A stretch of DNA of 32,269 nt from a bacterium (lineage in GTDB: Bacteria; Armatimonadota; HRBIN16), in NCBI GenBank assembly GCA_025057335.1, contig JANWXG010000004.1, forward strand, positions 1 to 32,269, read 5' to 3'. Under the pieces are notes generated by a model. That model had not been told where the DNA came from. It did not search any database and saw nothing but the letters and a program-made list of their open reading frames with translations. Position numbers and translations under genes: made by a program. The first letter of the stretch is position 1. Each line of letters starts with the position of its first letter. This document shows, piece after piece, positions 7,081 to 15,360 of this stretch.

Positions 7081-10055
7081 GGCTACATCGTCTGCGTCTG
7101 ACGAATTTTCGGCAGTATCTGGAGTTAGACCTCACTTTTGACGATGGCATCACTGCCATCATCGGGGCGAACGGCTCGGGCAAGAGCACCCTGCTGGAAG
7201 CCATCTGCTGGGCGCTGTATGGAGCGGACGCACTGCGTAGCAACGTGGCAGAGGTGCGTCCCCTCTTCTTGAGCCTGCTCGACGGCGCTACAGGGAGAGC
7301 ACAAGGCACGAACCCTCGGGCAGTGCTAACCTTCTCGCTCAGCGGCACAGTATATGAGGTCGAGCGCACGCCTCAGGGGGCGCGACTGTATCGTCTGCAA
7401 CCGGAGCGCGAAGCGATTGCGGACGGCACGAAAGCGGTCAACCTGAGCGTACAGCGTCTACTGGGAGGCATGACCTACCGCCAGTTCCTCACCTCCTTCT
7501 TCGCACAGCAAGGCGAGTTGGAGTTCCTCAACTTCGACAAGGCGCGCCGACGCGAAGAGGTGCTGCGGATGCTGGGTTTGGAGCGCGTTACCCGCAGCGT
7601 GAAGTGGATGGAAGAGGAGCTCGCGAGACAGCGCGCCGAGCTGCGTGGCAAGCAGTCCGCGCTGCCCGACCCCGATATGGTGAAGGCGCAGCTGGAGCAG
7701 GCGCAAGCGGAACTGGACGCCGCACGCGACCAACTGCAGACGGCAGAACGCACCTTTGCCAACGCAAGAGCAGAATGGGAGCGGTGGAAGCCCGCTTTTG
7801 AGCAATGGAGCGCGAGAAAGACCGCCTACGATAGCCTACGCATGCAAGCGCGACTGCTGGAGCAGAATGCGCAGACACAGGAGGGCGAACTGCAGCATCT
7901 TGCCAGAGAGCTCGAGGAGGCGCAGGCGGCACGAGAGCGCATTGAGCAACTGCGGCCTCAAGGCGAACGCTACAAACAGGTGCGTGAGCAGCTGCGCCAG
8001 ATGGAGGACCTGCAGCGCTACGCACAGCGCCGAGCGGAACTGCAGGTGCAGCTGGAAAACTGGTTCCGTCAGGCGCAGGAACGAGAGCAACAGGTCCAGC
8101 AAGTCGAAGCGGACCTCAACCGCCTGCTTAGTGAGAAGAAGCAGCTGGACGCGCAGGAGCAGCATCTCCGCGAGCTACAGGAGCAGGCGACACAGGCGCA
8201 ACAGTTGCAGAAAAGATTGGAAGAGTTAGACAAATTGTCGGTCGACGTGCAGAAACAGGTTGCCGCGCTAAAGGCGAAGAAGACCGCTCTAAAAGAACAG
8301 CAAAAGCAGCTTTTGGAGCAGATTGCCTTGCTGGAGGAAACAGAGAGAGAGGAAGAGCGCCTTGCTGCACTCGTACAAGAGGCAACGGGTAGAGTGCACG
8401 AGCTGGAAACGGAGCTGAGCCGCCTAGAGCGCCAGCGTGCCAGCGCCATTGCCAGCGCCGCAGCGGAAGCGGAGAACGTTCGACGTCAGATGCGCGAGCT
8501 GGAGGAACGCCGGCAGAAGGTAGAGGCATTAGGTCCCGAAGGCGAATGCCCTGTGTGCACGCGCCGTTTGGGCGAAGAGTATGCCAGTGTCGTGAGCCAT
8601 TTCGAGCAGGAACTACGGGAGGCGGAAAGACGACTGCAGGCGGCGCTCAGCCGCCAAGCAGAGGCGGAACGGGACACCGAAGCCATCGAGCAGTGTCGCG
8701 CGAACTTGCAGGAGGCACGTGATGACCTGCAACGATATCAACAGCAATTGGCACGCCTGCGGGAGCGGCTGCGCCAGCGGGAGAGCTGGATTCGAGAGGA
8801 GCAGAACCTGCAACAGCAGATACAGGCAGTGCAAAAGCAACAGGAGCAGATTTCCGCGTCGTACAGCGCGGAGGAACACGAGAAGGTTCGACGGCAGGTG
8901 GAGCAACTCCAGCCCATCGTGCAGCAGGCGCTAACGGAGCAACAGGTCTGGCGCGAACGCTACAACGTTTGGCTGCGCGATATGCAGAAGGTGCAGAACC
9001 AGCTGAGAGAGCTCAGCGACGCACTGGAGCAATCGAGACGTGCTATCCAGAGCGCTGAAGTAGAACTACAGCAGCTGCCGACGGGCTACGATGCGCTCTT
9101 GCACGAACAGCTACGTCAGGAACGGGACGAGCTACAGCCAGCATGGGACGAGGCGATTGCGTTGCACCCTGTTGCCAAACGCCTGCCTGAACTACAAGCG
9201 CGTTTTCAGGAGGCGCAAACCGCCTTAAAGGCGACACAGGAACAGCTTCAGCAGACCCATCAACAGCTGCAGTCGCTCGCCTACGACGAAAAGGAGTACT
9301 TGCAAGTCACAGAGCGGTTCGCGGAGTGCGAGCGAGCCCTACGCGAGGCAGAAACCCAGGTGCAGGTGTTACGGGAGCGGGTGACGCAGAAGGAGGCGCA
9401 GCTGGCATCAGCACAAGAGCAGTGGCAGCGTGTGCAGCAGCAACTGCACGAGCTGCGCCAGCTGCAACACGCGGTGTTGTGTGATGAGACCACGCGCGAC
9501 TGGCTGCGAGAGTTCGCTGACCTACTAAACGGCGAAATCGCACCCGAGCTGCAGGAGCGGGCAGGGGAACTGCTCAACCTGCTGACAGACGGGCGTTACA
9601 TGCAGTTGCAGATGAGTGAGGACTTCGAGTTCACCCTACTGGACGAGGGACGCCCCAAGCCTATCATCTCGGGAGGCGAGGAAGACATCGTGAACCTCAG
9701 CCTACGCTTGGCGATGGCGGAGATGATCTGCGAGCGCAGTGGTCAGCCGCTGGGGTTGCTGGTGCTGGATGAGGTATTCGGTTCACTGGATGCCGACCGA
9801 CGCGAGAACACCCTGCAGCTACTGCGCCGCCTGCGCGAGCGATTCGCCCAGATTATCCTCATCTCGCACATCGAGGAGATACAGGCTGGCGCTGACCGTT
9901 GTCTGAGGGTGGACTATGACCCCAGTCGGCATCGCAGCACGGTGCGTGAGGTCAGCTCGTTCACTGCAGAGGAGCTGCTGACAGACGAAGAGCCTGCTGA
10001 GATGGTCGCGGCGCAACCTGCGCCGCAGCAATGGGGAGGCTTGTTTGATAGCTGA
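7077..10055 (+). CDS. sbcC: SbcC/Rad50 SMC-family ATPase
   Basis: Walker A GANGSGKS, Q-loop FAQQGE, long coiled coils with central zinc hook CPVC, signature ISGGEE, Walker B/D-loop LVLDEVFGSLD and H-loop ISH. Confidence 0.93.
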   Translation: MRLHRLRLTNFRQYLELDLTFDDGITAIIGANGSGKSTLLEAICWALYGADALRSNVAEVRPLFLSLLDGATGRAQGTNPRAVLTFSLSGTVYEVERTPQGARLYRLQPEREAIADGTKAVNLSVQRLLGGMTYRQFLTSFFAQQGELEFLNFDKARRREEVLRMLGLERVTRSVKWMEEELARQRAELRGKQSALPDPDMVKAQLEQAQAELDAARDQLQTAERTFANARAEWERWKPAFEQWSARKTAYDSLRMQARLLEQNAQTQEGELQHLARELEEAQAARERIEQLRPQGERYKQVREQLRQMEDLQRYAQRRAELQVQLENWFRQAQEREQQVQQVEADLNRLLSEKKQLDAQEQHLRELQEQATQAQQLQKRLEELDKLSVDVQKQVAALKAKKTALKEQQKQLLEQIALLEETEREEERLAALVQEATGRVHELETELSRLERQRASAIASAAAEAENVRRQMRELEERRQKVEALGPEGECPVCTRRLGEEYASVVSHFEQELREAERRLQAALSRQAEAERDTEAIEQCRANLQEARDDLQRYQQQLARLRERLRQRESWIREEQNLQQQIQAVQKQQEQISASYSAEEHEKVRRQVEQLQPIVQQALTEQQVWRERYNVWLRDMQKVQNQLRELSDALEQSRRAIQSAEVELQQLPTGYDALLHEQLRQERDELQPAWDEAIALHPVAKRLPELQARFQEAQTALKATQEQLQQTHQQLQSLAYDEKEYLQVTERFAECERALREAETQVQVLRERVTQKEAQLASAQEQWQRVQQQLHELRQLQHAVLCDETTRDWLREFADLLNGEIAPELQERAGELLNLLTDGRYMQLQMSEDFEFTLLDEGRPKPIISGGEEDIVNLSLRLAMAEMICERSGQPLGLLVLDEVFGSLDADRRENTLQLLRRLRERFAQIILISHIEEIQAGADRCLRVDYDPSRHRSTVREVSSFTAEELLTDEEPAEMVAAQPAPQQWGGLFDS

Positions 10056-10687
10056 TGGACGAGCAGAGCAAGCGGCGCAAATGGCGGCGCTGGCTGGCGC
10101 TGGTAACCTCAGAGTGGCAGCACCTGCAGGAAGAGCGTCAGCTGTATGCGGAACTACGGGAGCATATCGCTGGCAAGTCAGAGTGGGTAGTATGGATAGA
10201 TACCCTATACCTGATAGGGGTATCTCTGGCTATCCGCCGATTGGCGGATGCCAACCCCCGCCATCGCACCGTCTCCCTAGTGAAGCTACTGCGGGAGATG
10301 GAGATGCATCCGAATTGCCTTTCACGGCGCAGCGCGCTGCAGCAGGCAAAACCTACCCAGCGCGCCAAGGTACATCTCCTCTTTGACCAGCTGGCGGGGG
10401 AAGGGGCTACCTCCGTTTCGCCTGTGACGATTCGTCGTATGAGAGAAGAGTTCGAACAGCTAACTGCCCCGTTCCGTGCCTGGGTGGACCACTGCGTCGC
10501 TCATCACGACCTCGCCGTCAGTCTTCCCGCCCCTGACAGGACACAGGTAGAAGAGGCGCTGGTGAAACTCCAGAGGATACTGGAGACACTGTGGATGCTG
10601 CTGTGCGGAGGTGACGTTCCTGAACAGTGCTGCGCACCGCAGCAGCATGGCAGTAAAAAAACCCTCCTCAATAGTCGAGGAGGGTGA
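10055..10687 (+). CDS. Hypothetical protein, AbiU2-like HEPN domain
   Basis: All-helical pattern with AIRRLAD...TVSLVKLLREM and C-terminal WVDHCVAHHD, corresponding to the RxLxD...SLxxL and (R/x)[DN]KxxAH motifs of AbiU2-type HEPN. TGATG overlap with sbcC. Confidence 0.62.
   Translation: MDEQSKRRKWRRWLALVTSEWQHLQEERQLYAELREHIAGKSEWVVWIDTLYLIGVSLAIRRLADANPRHRTVSLVKLLREMEMHPNCLSRRSALQQAKPTQRAKVHLLFDQLAGEGATSVSPVTIRRMREEFEQLTAPFRAWVDHCVAHHDLAVSLPAPDRTQVEEALVKLQRILETLWMLLCGGDVPEQCCAPQQHGSKKTLLNSRGG
10655..10685 (-). terminator. Intrinsic terminator for the dnaE / LigB-like transcript
   Basis: Minus strand ACCCTCCTC-GACTATT-GAGGAGGGT followed by a T run, 18 nt after the stop of the LigB-like gene. 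Confidence 0.8.
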
Positions 10688-10703
10688 GGGGGAATCACGT
10701 TCG

Positions 10704-11522
10704 TTATACACACCGCACTACCGCATTCCCTGTGCCGATGATGCCTTGGTAGCTGAGCACCTGCACTTCGCGCGCCTGCTGTGCAAACCCGGACAACACT
10801 GCCAGATGGTGCATTCCACCGACGGGTTGTGCTCGCGCGGCAAGGAGAGGGTCCAAGTTCAGCAGCTCGCTCCAGGCGCGCTGTTCCAGCACTCGCAGCA
10901 CCTGCTCGTCGTGCTGCTTGCCTTCAGGCGACACCGCCGTAATCTCCCGATGGTCCAGTTTGCCAGACAGGCCTCCCACTGCCAGTAGGGCAACGCGCAT
11001 GCCCCACGCGCTCGCTGTCTCCGCAATAGCCCGACCCCATCGGTAGCTGTCCCGCAGCGACAGCGGGTAGATGCTTAGGGGCACTATCTGCATCTCGGGG
11101 GAGATTTGCAAGGCGTGTAGTGCCACCACGGTACTAGCATCCAACTGGCAGGGGTCGGCAACCAGTCTCACAGGTAGTGAGGCATCAGCCCCGTACTCCA
11201 CCAGCCGTTGTGCCAGCAGGGGAGCGCCGCTGTAGCAGTAGGAGATTGTGCCTATCAGGCTCTCCTCCAACACTCCTGCGTACTGCGCACACGCTCCCAC
11301 GCAGAAGGCATCCGCAGTGACCCATCCCGCTGAGACCACTAGCAACACCTGCGTGGCGCTCTGTTGCAGCTCTTCCGAGACGCGGCGCAGGGCGCTGTGC
11401 AGCGAGAGGAAGCGCGGTGCGAGTTCTTCGTCCAGCAGTAGTGACTGTGCGGGGATAACGTAGCTGCGCAGCGTAGTCGCTTCGCTAGAGACACTCTGTA
11501 CCGATGCGGAAAGTGGACCCAT
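10704..11522 (-). CDS. LigB/class III extradiol dioxygenase-fold protein lacking metal ligands (resembles the non-catalytic 2-aminophenol 1,6-dioxygenase alpha subunit)
   Basis: Fold motifs LLVVSAGW, YSGAPLLA, QLDASTVVAL, IVPLS, WGRAIA, VALLAVGGLSG and YQGIIGTGNAV. Start moved to ATG 11522 after GGAAGGGG. Confidence 0.75.
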   Translation of the reverse strand: MGPLSASVQSVSSEATTLRSYVIPAQSLLLDEELAPRFLSLHSALRRVSEELQQSATQVLLVVSAGWVTADAFCVGACAQYAGVLEESLIGTISYCYSGAPLLAQRLVEYGADASLPVRLVADPCQLDASTVVALHALQISPEMQIVPLSIYPLSLRDSYRWGRAIAETASAWGMRVALLAVGGLSGKLDHREITAVSPEGKQHDEQVLRVLEQRAWSELLNLDPLLAARAQPVGGMHHLAVLSGFAQQAREVQVLSYQGIIGTGNAVVRCV

Positions 11523-11555
11523 CTTTACCCCTTCCTTACACATTGAGAATATGCT

Positions 11556-14500
11556 TCACTGTAACCACACACTGTCGCGACCGACGATGCGTACGAGGTC
11601 TTGCTGGATGTGGTCGCTTGCGTCCACGTTCAGGTGTGACACGACACGGTAGTGTTGCTTGCCAGAATGCACATGCAGTATTAACCGGGCATCCCCTGGG
11701 TGTCTGGTAAGTATCTCCCTTAGCACGCGCAGGGCAGGGCGGTGTGCAGGGGTGAGGCGGATGTGCAGAGTACGGGGCGTGGAGGCGCCGTTGCCGTTGG
11801 GAAGCGGGGCGCCGTTAGACAGAGGCTGCACCTTCTCGCACACCAGCTCGACCTGCACCTGGGTCTCCCCGCTCTCATGGTCGTCGCCGCGCAGGCGGTC
11901 ACGATGCTTCACCCTGCCTTCCACCACAACGAGATTGTCCTTGAGCAACAGCGACTGATGCTCTTCGTACACTTTGGGGAAGGCGGTTGCGGACACAGTG
12001 CCCGACAGGTCTTCCAGTACGAAAGCGACCATGCGGTCGCCCCGTTTGGTGCGCAAGGAGCGAACGCTGGTAACCACTCCCGCCACACGCACCTGCACGC
12101 CGTCTGCCATCTCTCTGAGCTGTTGGCACGGCACCACTGCCAGCTGCCTCAAGCGTGTTTGCAGTGACCGCAGCGGATGGTCAGCAAGATAGACACCTAG
12201 CAGCTCTTTCTCGAAGGCGAGTATCTGGTCGTGAGGCAGTTCGGGCACGTTGGGCAGAGGTGGTTCCTCCACTGCCTCCATCTGTCCGTTACCAAACAGC
12301 GACTCCTGTCCAACACGTCGGTTGCGTACGGCGCGCTGCGCAGCTGCCCAGGTGTCGTCCAAAGCTGACAACAGTTGATTGCGGTTGGGCACGATAGAGC
12401 GAAATGCTCCCGCTTGGATAAGGGTCTCCACTGTGCTCTTGCTGAAATTGCCCTGCTGTTCCAGCGTGCGCACGCAGAAGTCGAACAGGCTAGTGAACGG
12501 TTTGTCGCCTCGCGCGTGCAGGATGACTTCCACTGCAGCCTTGCCGACGTTCTTGACCGCGCCCAGCCCAAAGCGGATAGCGTTGCCCTCAACGGTAAAG
12601 TCTACCTCGCTGCAGTTGACGTCAGGGGGAAGAATGGGGATATTGCGCCGTCGGCACTCTTCCACATACTGCACGATTTTATCCTGATTGTCCAGATAGG
12701 CTGCCATGGAGGCGGCGAAGTACTCTACAGGATAGTTCGCCTTGAGGTAGGCAGTCTGGTAGGCGACCATTGCGTAACACACGGCGTGCGCCTTGTTGAA
12801 GGCGTAGCCTGCGAACGGCTCGATCATGTTGAACAGCTCTTCCGCCCGTTTGGCGTCGATACCGTTGCGCACCGCCCCTTCGATGAACTTCGAGCGCATC
12901 CGCTCCATGTCTTCCGCTTTCTTTTTGCCCATCGCGCGCCGCAGGATGTCCGCCTGCCCCAACGTGAACCCAGCAAGTGCCTGCACAATCTGCAGCACCT
13001 GGTCTTGATACACGATGACGCCGTAGGTTTCTTTCAGAATCGGCTCCAGTGAGGGGTGGGGATACACAATCGGCTCCAGCCCCAGCTTGCAGCGAATGTA
13101 TTGCGGGATGTAGTTCATCGGTCCGGGGCGGTAGAGTGCGACCATCGCCGCCAGTTCGCGGACGTCGCTCGGCTTCAGTTCAGAGATATTACGGCGCATT
13201 CCCTGCGACTCCAGCTGAAAAACGCCCGTCGTGTCACCCTGTCCGAGCATCTCGAAGGTCTTGCGGTCGTCTAGGGGGATGCTGCGCAGGTCGATATACT
13301 CGCCGCGCGTCTGGACGATGTTTTTCAGCGTCTTGGCGAGGATGGTCAGGTTCGTCAAGCCGAGGAAATCCATTTTGAGCAGACCGATTTTTTCCAGTGA
13401 GCCCATGTCGTATTGGGTGACGGGAGGACCGTCGCCTACGCGCGCCAGCGGTACGTGTTCCGCCAGAGGGTCACGGCTGATAACCACTCCCGCCGCATGG
13501 GTGCTCATATGGCGGGCGACACCTTCCAGACGTTTGGCAATCTCGATGAGCTCTTGCAGGCGCGGGTCTTTCTCAATCAGCTCCTGCAGCTCGGGGTTTT
13601 CCTTGAGTGCACTGTCGATAGTCACTTTCGGACCAACGGGGATGAGGCGGGCGATGCGGTCCACCGTCTGAGCAGGGATGCCCAGCGCCTTGCCGACATC
13701 GCGCACTGCCTGCTTAGCGCCCAGCGTCCCGAAAGTGCCGATTTGTGCCACTCGCTCTTCGCCGTACTTCTCCGTAACGTAACGAATCACCTCATCGCGA
13801 CGGGTGTCCTCGAAGTCCATGTCGATATCAGGCATCTGCACACGCTCGGGGTTCAGAAACCGCTCGAAGGTCAGCCCGTAGTGGATGGGATCGATGTCGG
13901 TGATGCCGATGCAGTAGGAGACCATGCTGCCCGCTGCAGAGCCGCGCACCCCGAAGAAGATGCCCCGGTCACGAGCGAATTGGGCGAAATCGCGCACGAT
14001 GAGGAAGTAGGGAGCGAAGCCCGTTTTGTCAATGACTTCCAGCTCGTACGCCAGCCGATTCTCCACTTCAGGGGTGATAGAGTGGTACCTTTGCTTCATT
14101 CCCTCTCGCGCCAGGTAGGTAAGGTAGCTGATAGCGGAGTGGCCGGGAGGCAAGTCAGGTTCAGGGAGATGCACGCGCCCGAACTCTAAGCGCAGGTCTA
14201 CCATCTCCGCCACGCGCAGCGTGTTCTCCAATGCCTCTGGTAGGTCGGGAAAGAGCTGCGCCATCTGCTCAGCGGTTTTCAGGTAGAATTCGTTCGAGCC
14301 GTAGCGCAAGCGGTCTTCGTCATGCACGGTCTTGCCCGTCTGCACGCAAAGCAGCACGTCGTGGGCGCGGGCGTCGTCAGCGTTGAGGTAATGTACGTCG
14401 TTGGTGCAGATAATGGGCACGTCCAGGTCTCGCGCCAGCTGCAGCAACCCGTCGCGAATGACACGTTGTTCGCTGAGACCGTGGTCTTGCAGTTCGATGA

Positions 14501-15020
14501 AATAGTTCTCCTTGCCGAAGAGGTCGCGGTAGAAGCTGGCGATGCGCAGCGCCCGGTCGTAGTCGCGATTGAGCAGCGCTACGCACACCTCACTGCTTAG
14601 GCAGCCACTAGTCGCAATGAGCCCCTCGCTGTATTGCTGCAGTACCTCGTGGTCGACGCGCGGCTTGTAGTAAAACCCCTCCAGCGAGGCGATGGTGCTC
14701 AGGCGGATGAGGTTCTTATAGCCAGCAAGGTTCTTCGCTAGCAGCAGCAGATGGAAAGGCGAACCGTCTCGGCGCGGGTCACGGTCGGTGCGCTTGCGCG
14801 GCGCAACGTACACCTCACAACCGATAATGGGCTTTATACCAGCGTCCAGACACGCCTGATAGAACTCGATCGCACCGCTCATCACCCCGTGGTCGGTGAT
14901 CGCTAGGGCAGGCATCCCCAAGCTGGCTACCTTCTGCACCAGCGGTACGATGCGGTTGGCGCCGTCCAGCAAGCTATACTCCGTATGTGTGTGCAGATGC
15001 ACGAATTGCGGTTTTCCCAT
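11556..15020 (-). CDS. dnaE: DNA polymerase III alpha subunit
   Basis: FVHLHTHTEYSLLDG PHP domain; RGSAAGS; FERFLNPERVQMPDIDMD; KMDFLGL; YAFNKAH; clamp motif QESLF; OB fold. Start moved to MGKPQFVHLH (15020). Confidence 0.98.
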   Translation of the reverse strand: MGKPQFVHLHTHTEYSLLDGANRIVPLVQKVASLGMPALAITDHGVMSGAIEFYQACLDAGIKPIIGCEVYVAPRKRTDRDPRRDGSPFHLLLLAKNLAGYKNLIRLSTIASLEGFYYKPRVDHEVLQQYSEGLIATSGCLSSEVCVALLNRDYDRALRIASFYRDLFGKENYFIELQDHGLSEQRVIRDGLLQLARDLDVPIICTNDVHYLNADDARAHDVLLCVQTGKTVHDEDRLRYGSNEFYLKTAEQMAQLFPDLPEALENTLRVAEMVDLRLEFGRVHLPEPDLPPGHSAISYLTYLAREGMKQRYHSITPEVENRLAYELEVIDKTGFAPYFLIVRDFAQFARDRGIFFGVRGSAAGSMVSYCIGITDIDPIHYGLTFERFLNPERVQMPDIDMDFEDTRRDEVIRYVTEKYGEERVAQIGTFGTLGAKQAVRDVGKALGIPAQTVDRIARLIPVGPKVTIDSALKENPELQELIEKDPRLQELIEIAKRLEGVARHMSTHAAGVVISRDPLAEHVPLARVGDGPPVTQYDMGSLEKIGLLKMDFLGLTNLTILAKTLKNIVQTRGEYIDLRSIPLDDRKTFEMLGQGDTTGVFQLESQGMRRNISELKPSDVRELAAMVALYRPGPMNYIPQYIRCKLGLEPIVYPHPSLEPILKETYGVIVYQDQVLQIVQALAGFTLGQADILRRAMGKKKAEDMERMRSKFIEGAVRNGIDAKRAEELFNMIEPFAGYAFNKAHAVCYAMVAYQTAYLKANYPVEYFAASMAAYLDNQDKIVQYVEECRRRNIPILPPDVNCSEVDFTVEGNAIRFGLGAVKNVGKAAVEVILHARGDKPFTSLFDFCVRTLEQQGNFSKSTVETLIQAGAFRSIVPNRNQLLSALDDTWAAAQRAVRNRRVGQESLFGNGQMEAVEEPPLPNVPELPHDQILAFEKELLGVYLADHPLRSLQTRLRQLAVVPCQQLREMADGVQVRVAGVVTSVRSLRTKRGDRMVAFVLEDLSGTVSATAFPKVYEEHQSLLLKDNLVVVEGRVKHRDRLRGDDHESGETQVQVELVCEKVQPLSNGAPLPNGNGASTPRTLHIRLTPAHRPALRVLREILTRHPGDARLILHVHSGKQHYRVVSHLNVDASDHIQQDLVRIVGRDSVWLQ

Positions 15021-15094
15021 TCTCTCGTGCCCCCGGCTCGCGTGTCTGCGAGGTTGCGCTCTGTGCATCAGGAAAGGTAGAGAAAAGTCAGCAC

Positions 15095-15141
15095 AAACAA
15101 CATGTAGTAAATTGTATCGCTGCTCACACAATATATTGTGT
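15095..15141. promoter_or_regulatory. Tandem NrdR boxes flanking a candidate -10 element upstream of dnaE
   Basis: ACACAATATATTGTGT (15126-15141) is a perfect palindrome matching acaCwAtATaTwGtgt. AAACAACATGTAGTAA (15095-15110) lies 31 bp away. Minus-strand TACAAT at 15116-15111 sits between them. Confidence 0.85.
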
Positions 15142-15360
15142 TCCCTGAGCCGTGCGCTGATATTCTACAAAATCGAGGGCAGGCTTGTAAAGGGGGATTC
15201 GGGGCGTCCTGAAAAAAATTTTCTTTATCTGAATCAGGAAGCTCACGGCGAGCAACGTTGTTGCCCGACGTGCGGTCTTAGGAACCTACGCGGGTTATTA
15301 CTCCCCCCACTGGCTGGATTCCTGCCCTCCGAAGACTCCGACGTGTTCCAGAGGCTGGTT

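Noticed and set aside
7458-9577. Many overlapping ORFs within sbcC (and likewise within dnaE and the trp genes)
   Set aside because: Typical stop-poor shadow frames in GC-rich coding DNA, with no RBS or motifs.
5905-10687. Labelling the SMC locus as Lamassu or Wadjet
   Set aside because: It has a complete SbcD nuclease and a long zinc-hook SbcC, and no LmuC or JetA/B/D-like genes were recognised.
11556-15131. Intein or N-terminal extension in DnaE
   Set aside because: Length (1154 aa from 15020) and motif order are normal. The extra 37 codons in the ORF track overlap the promoter and NrdR boxes.
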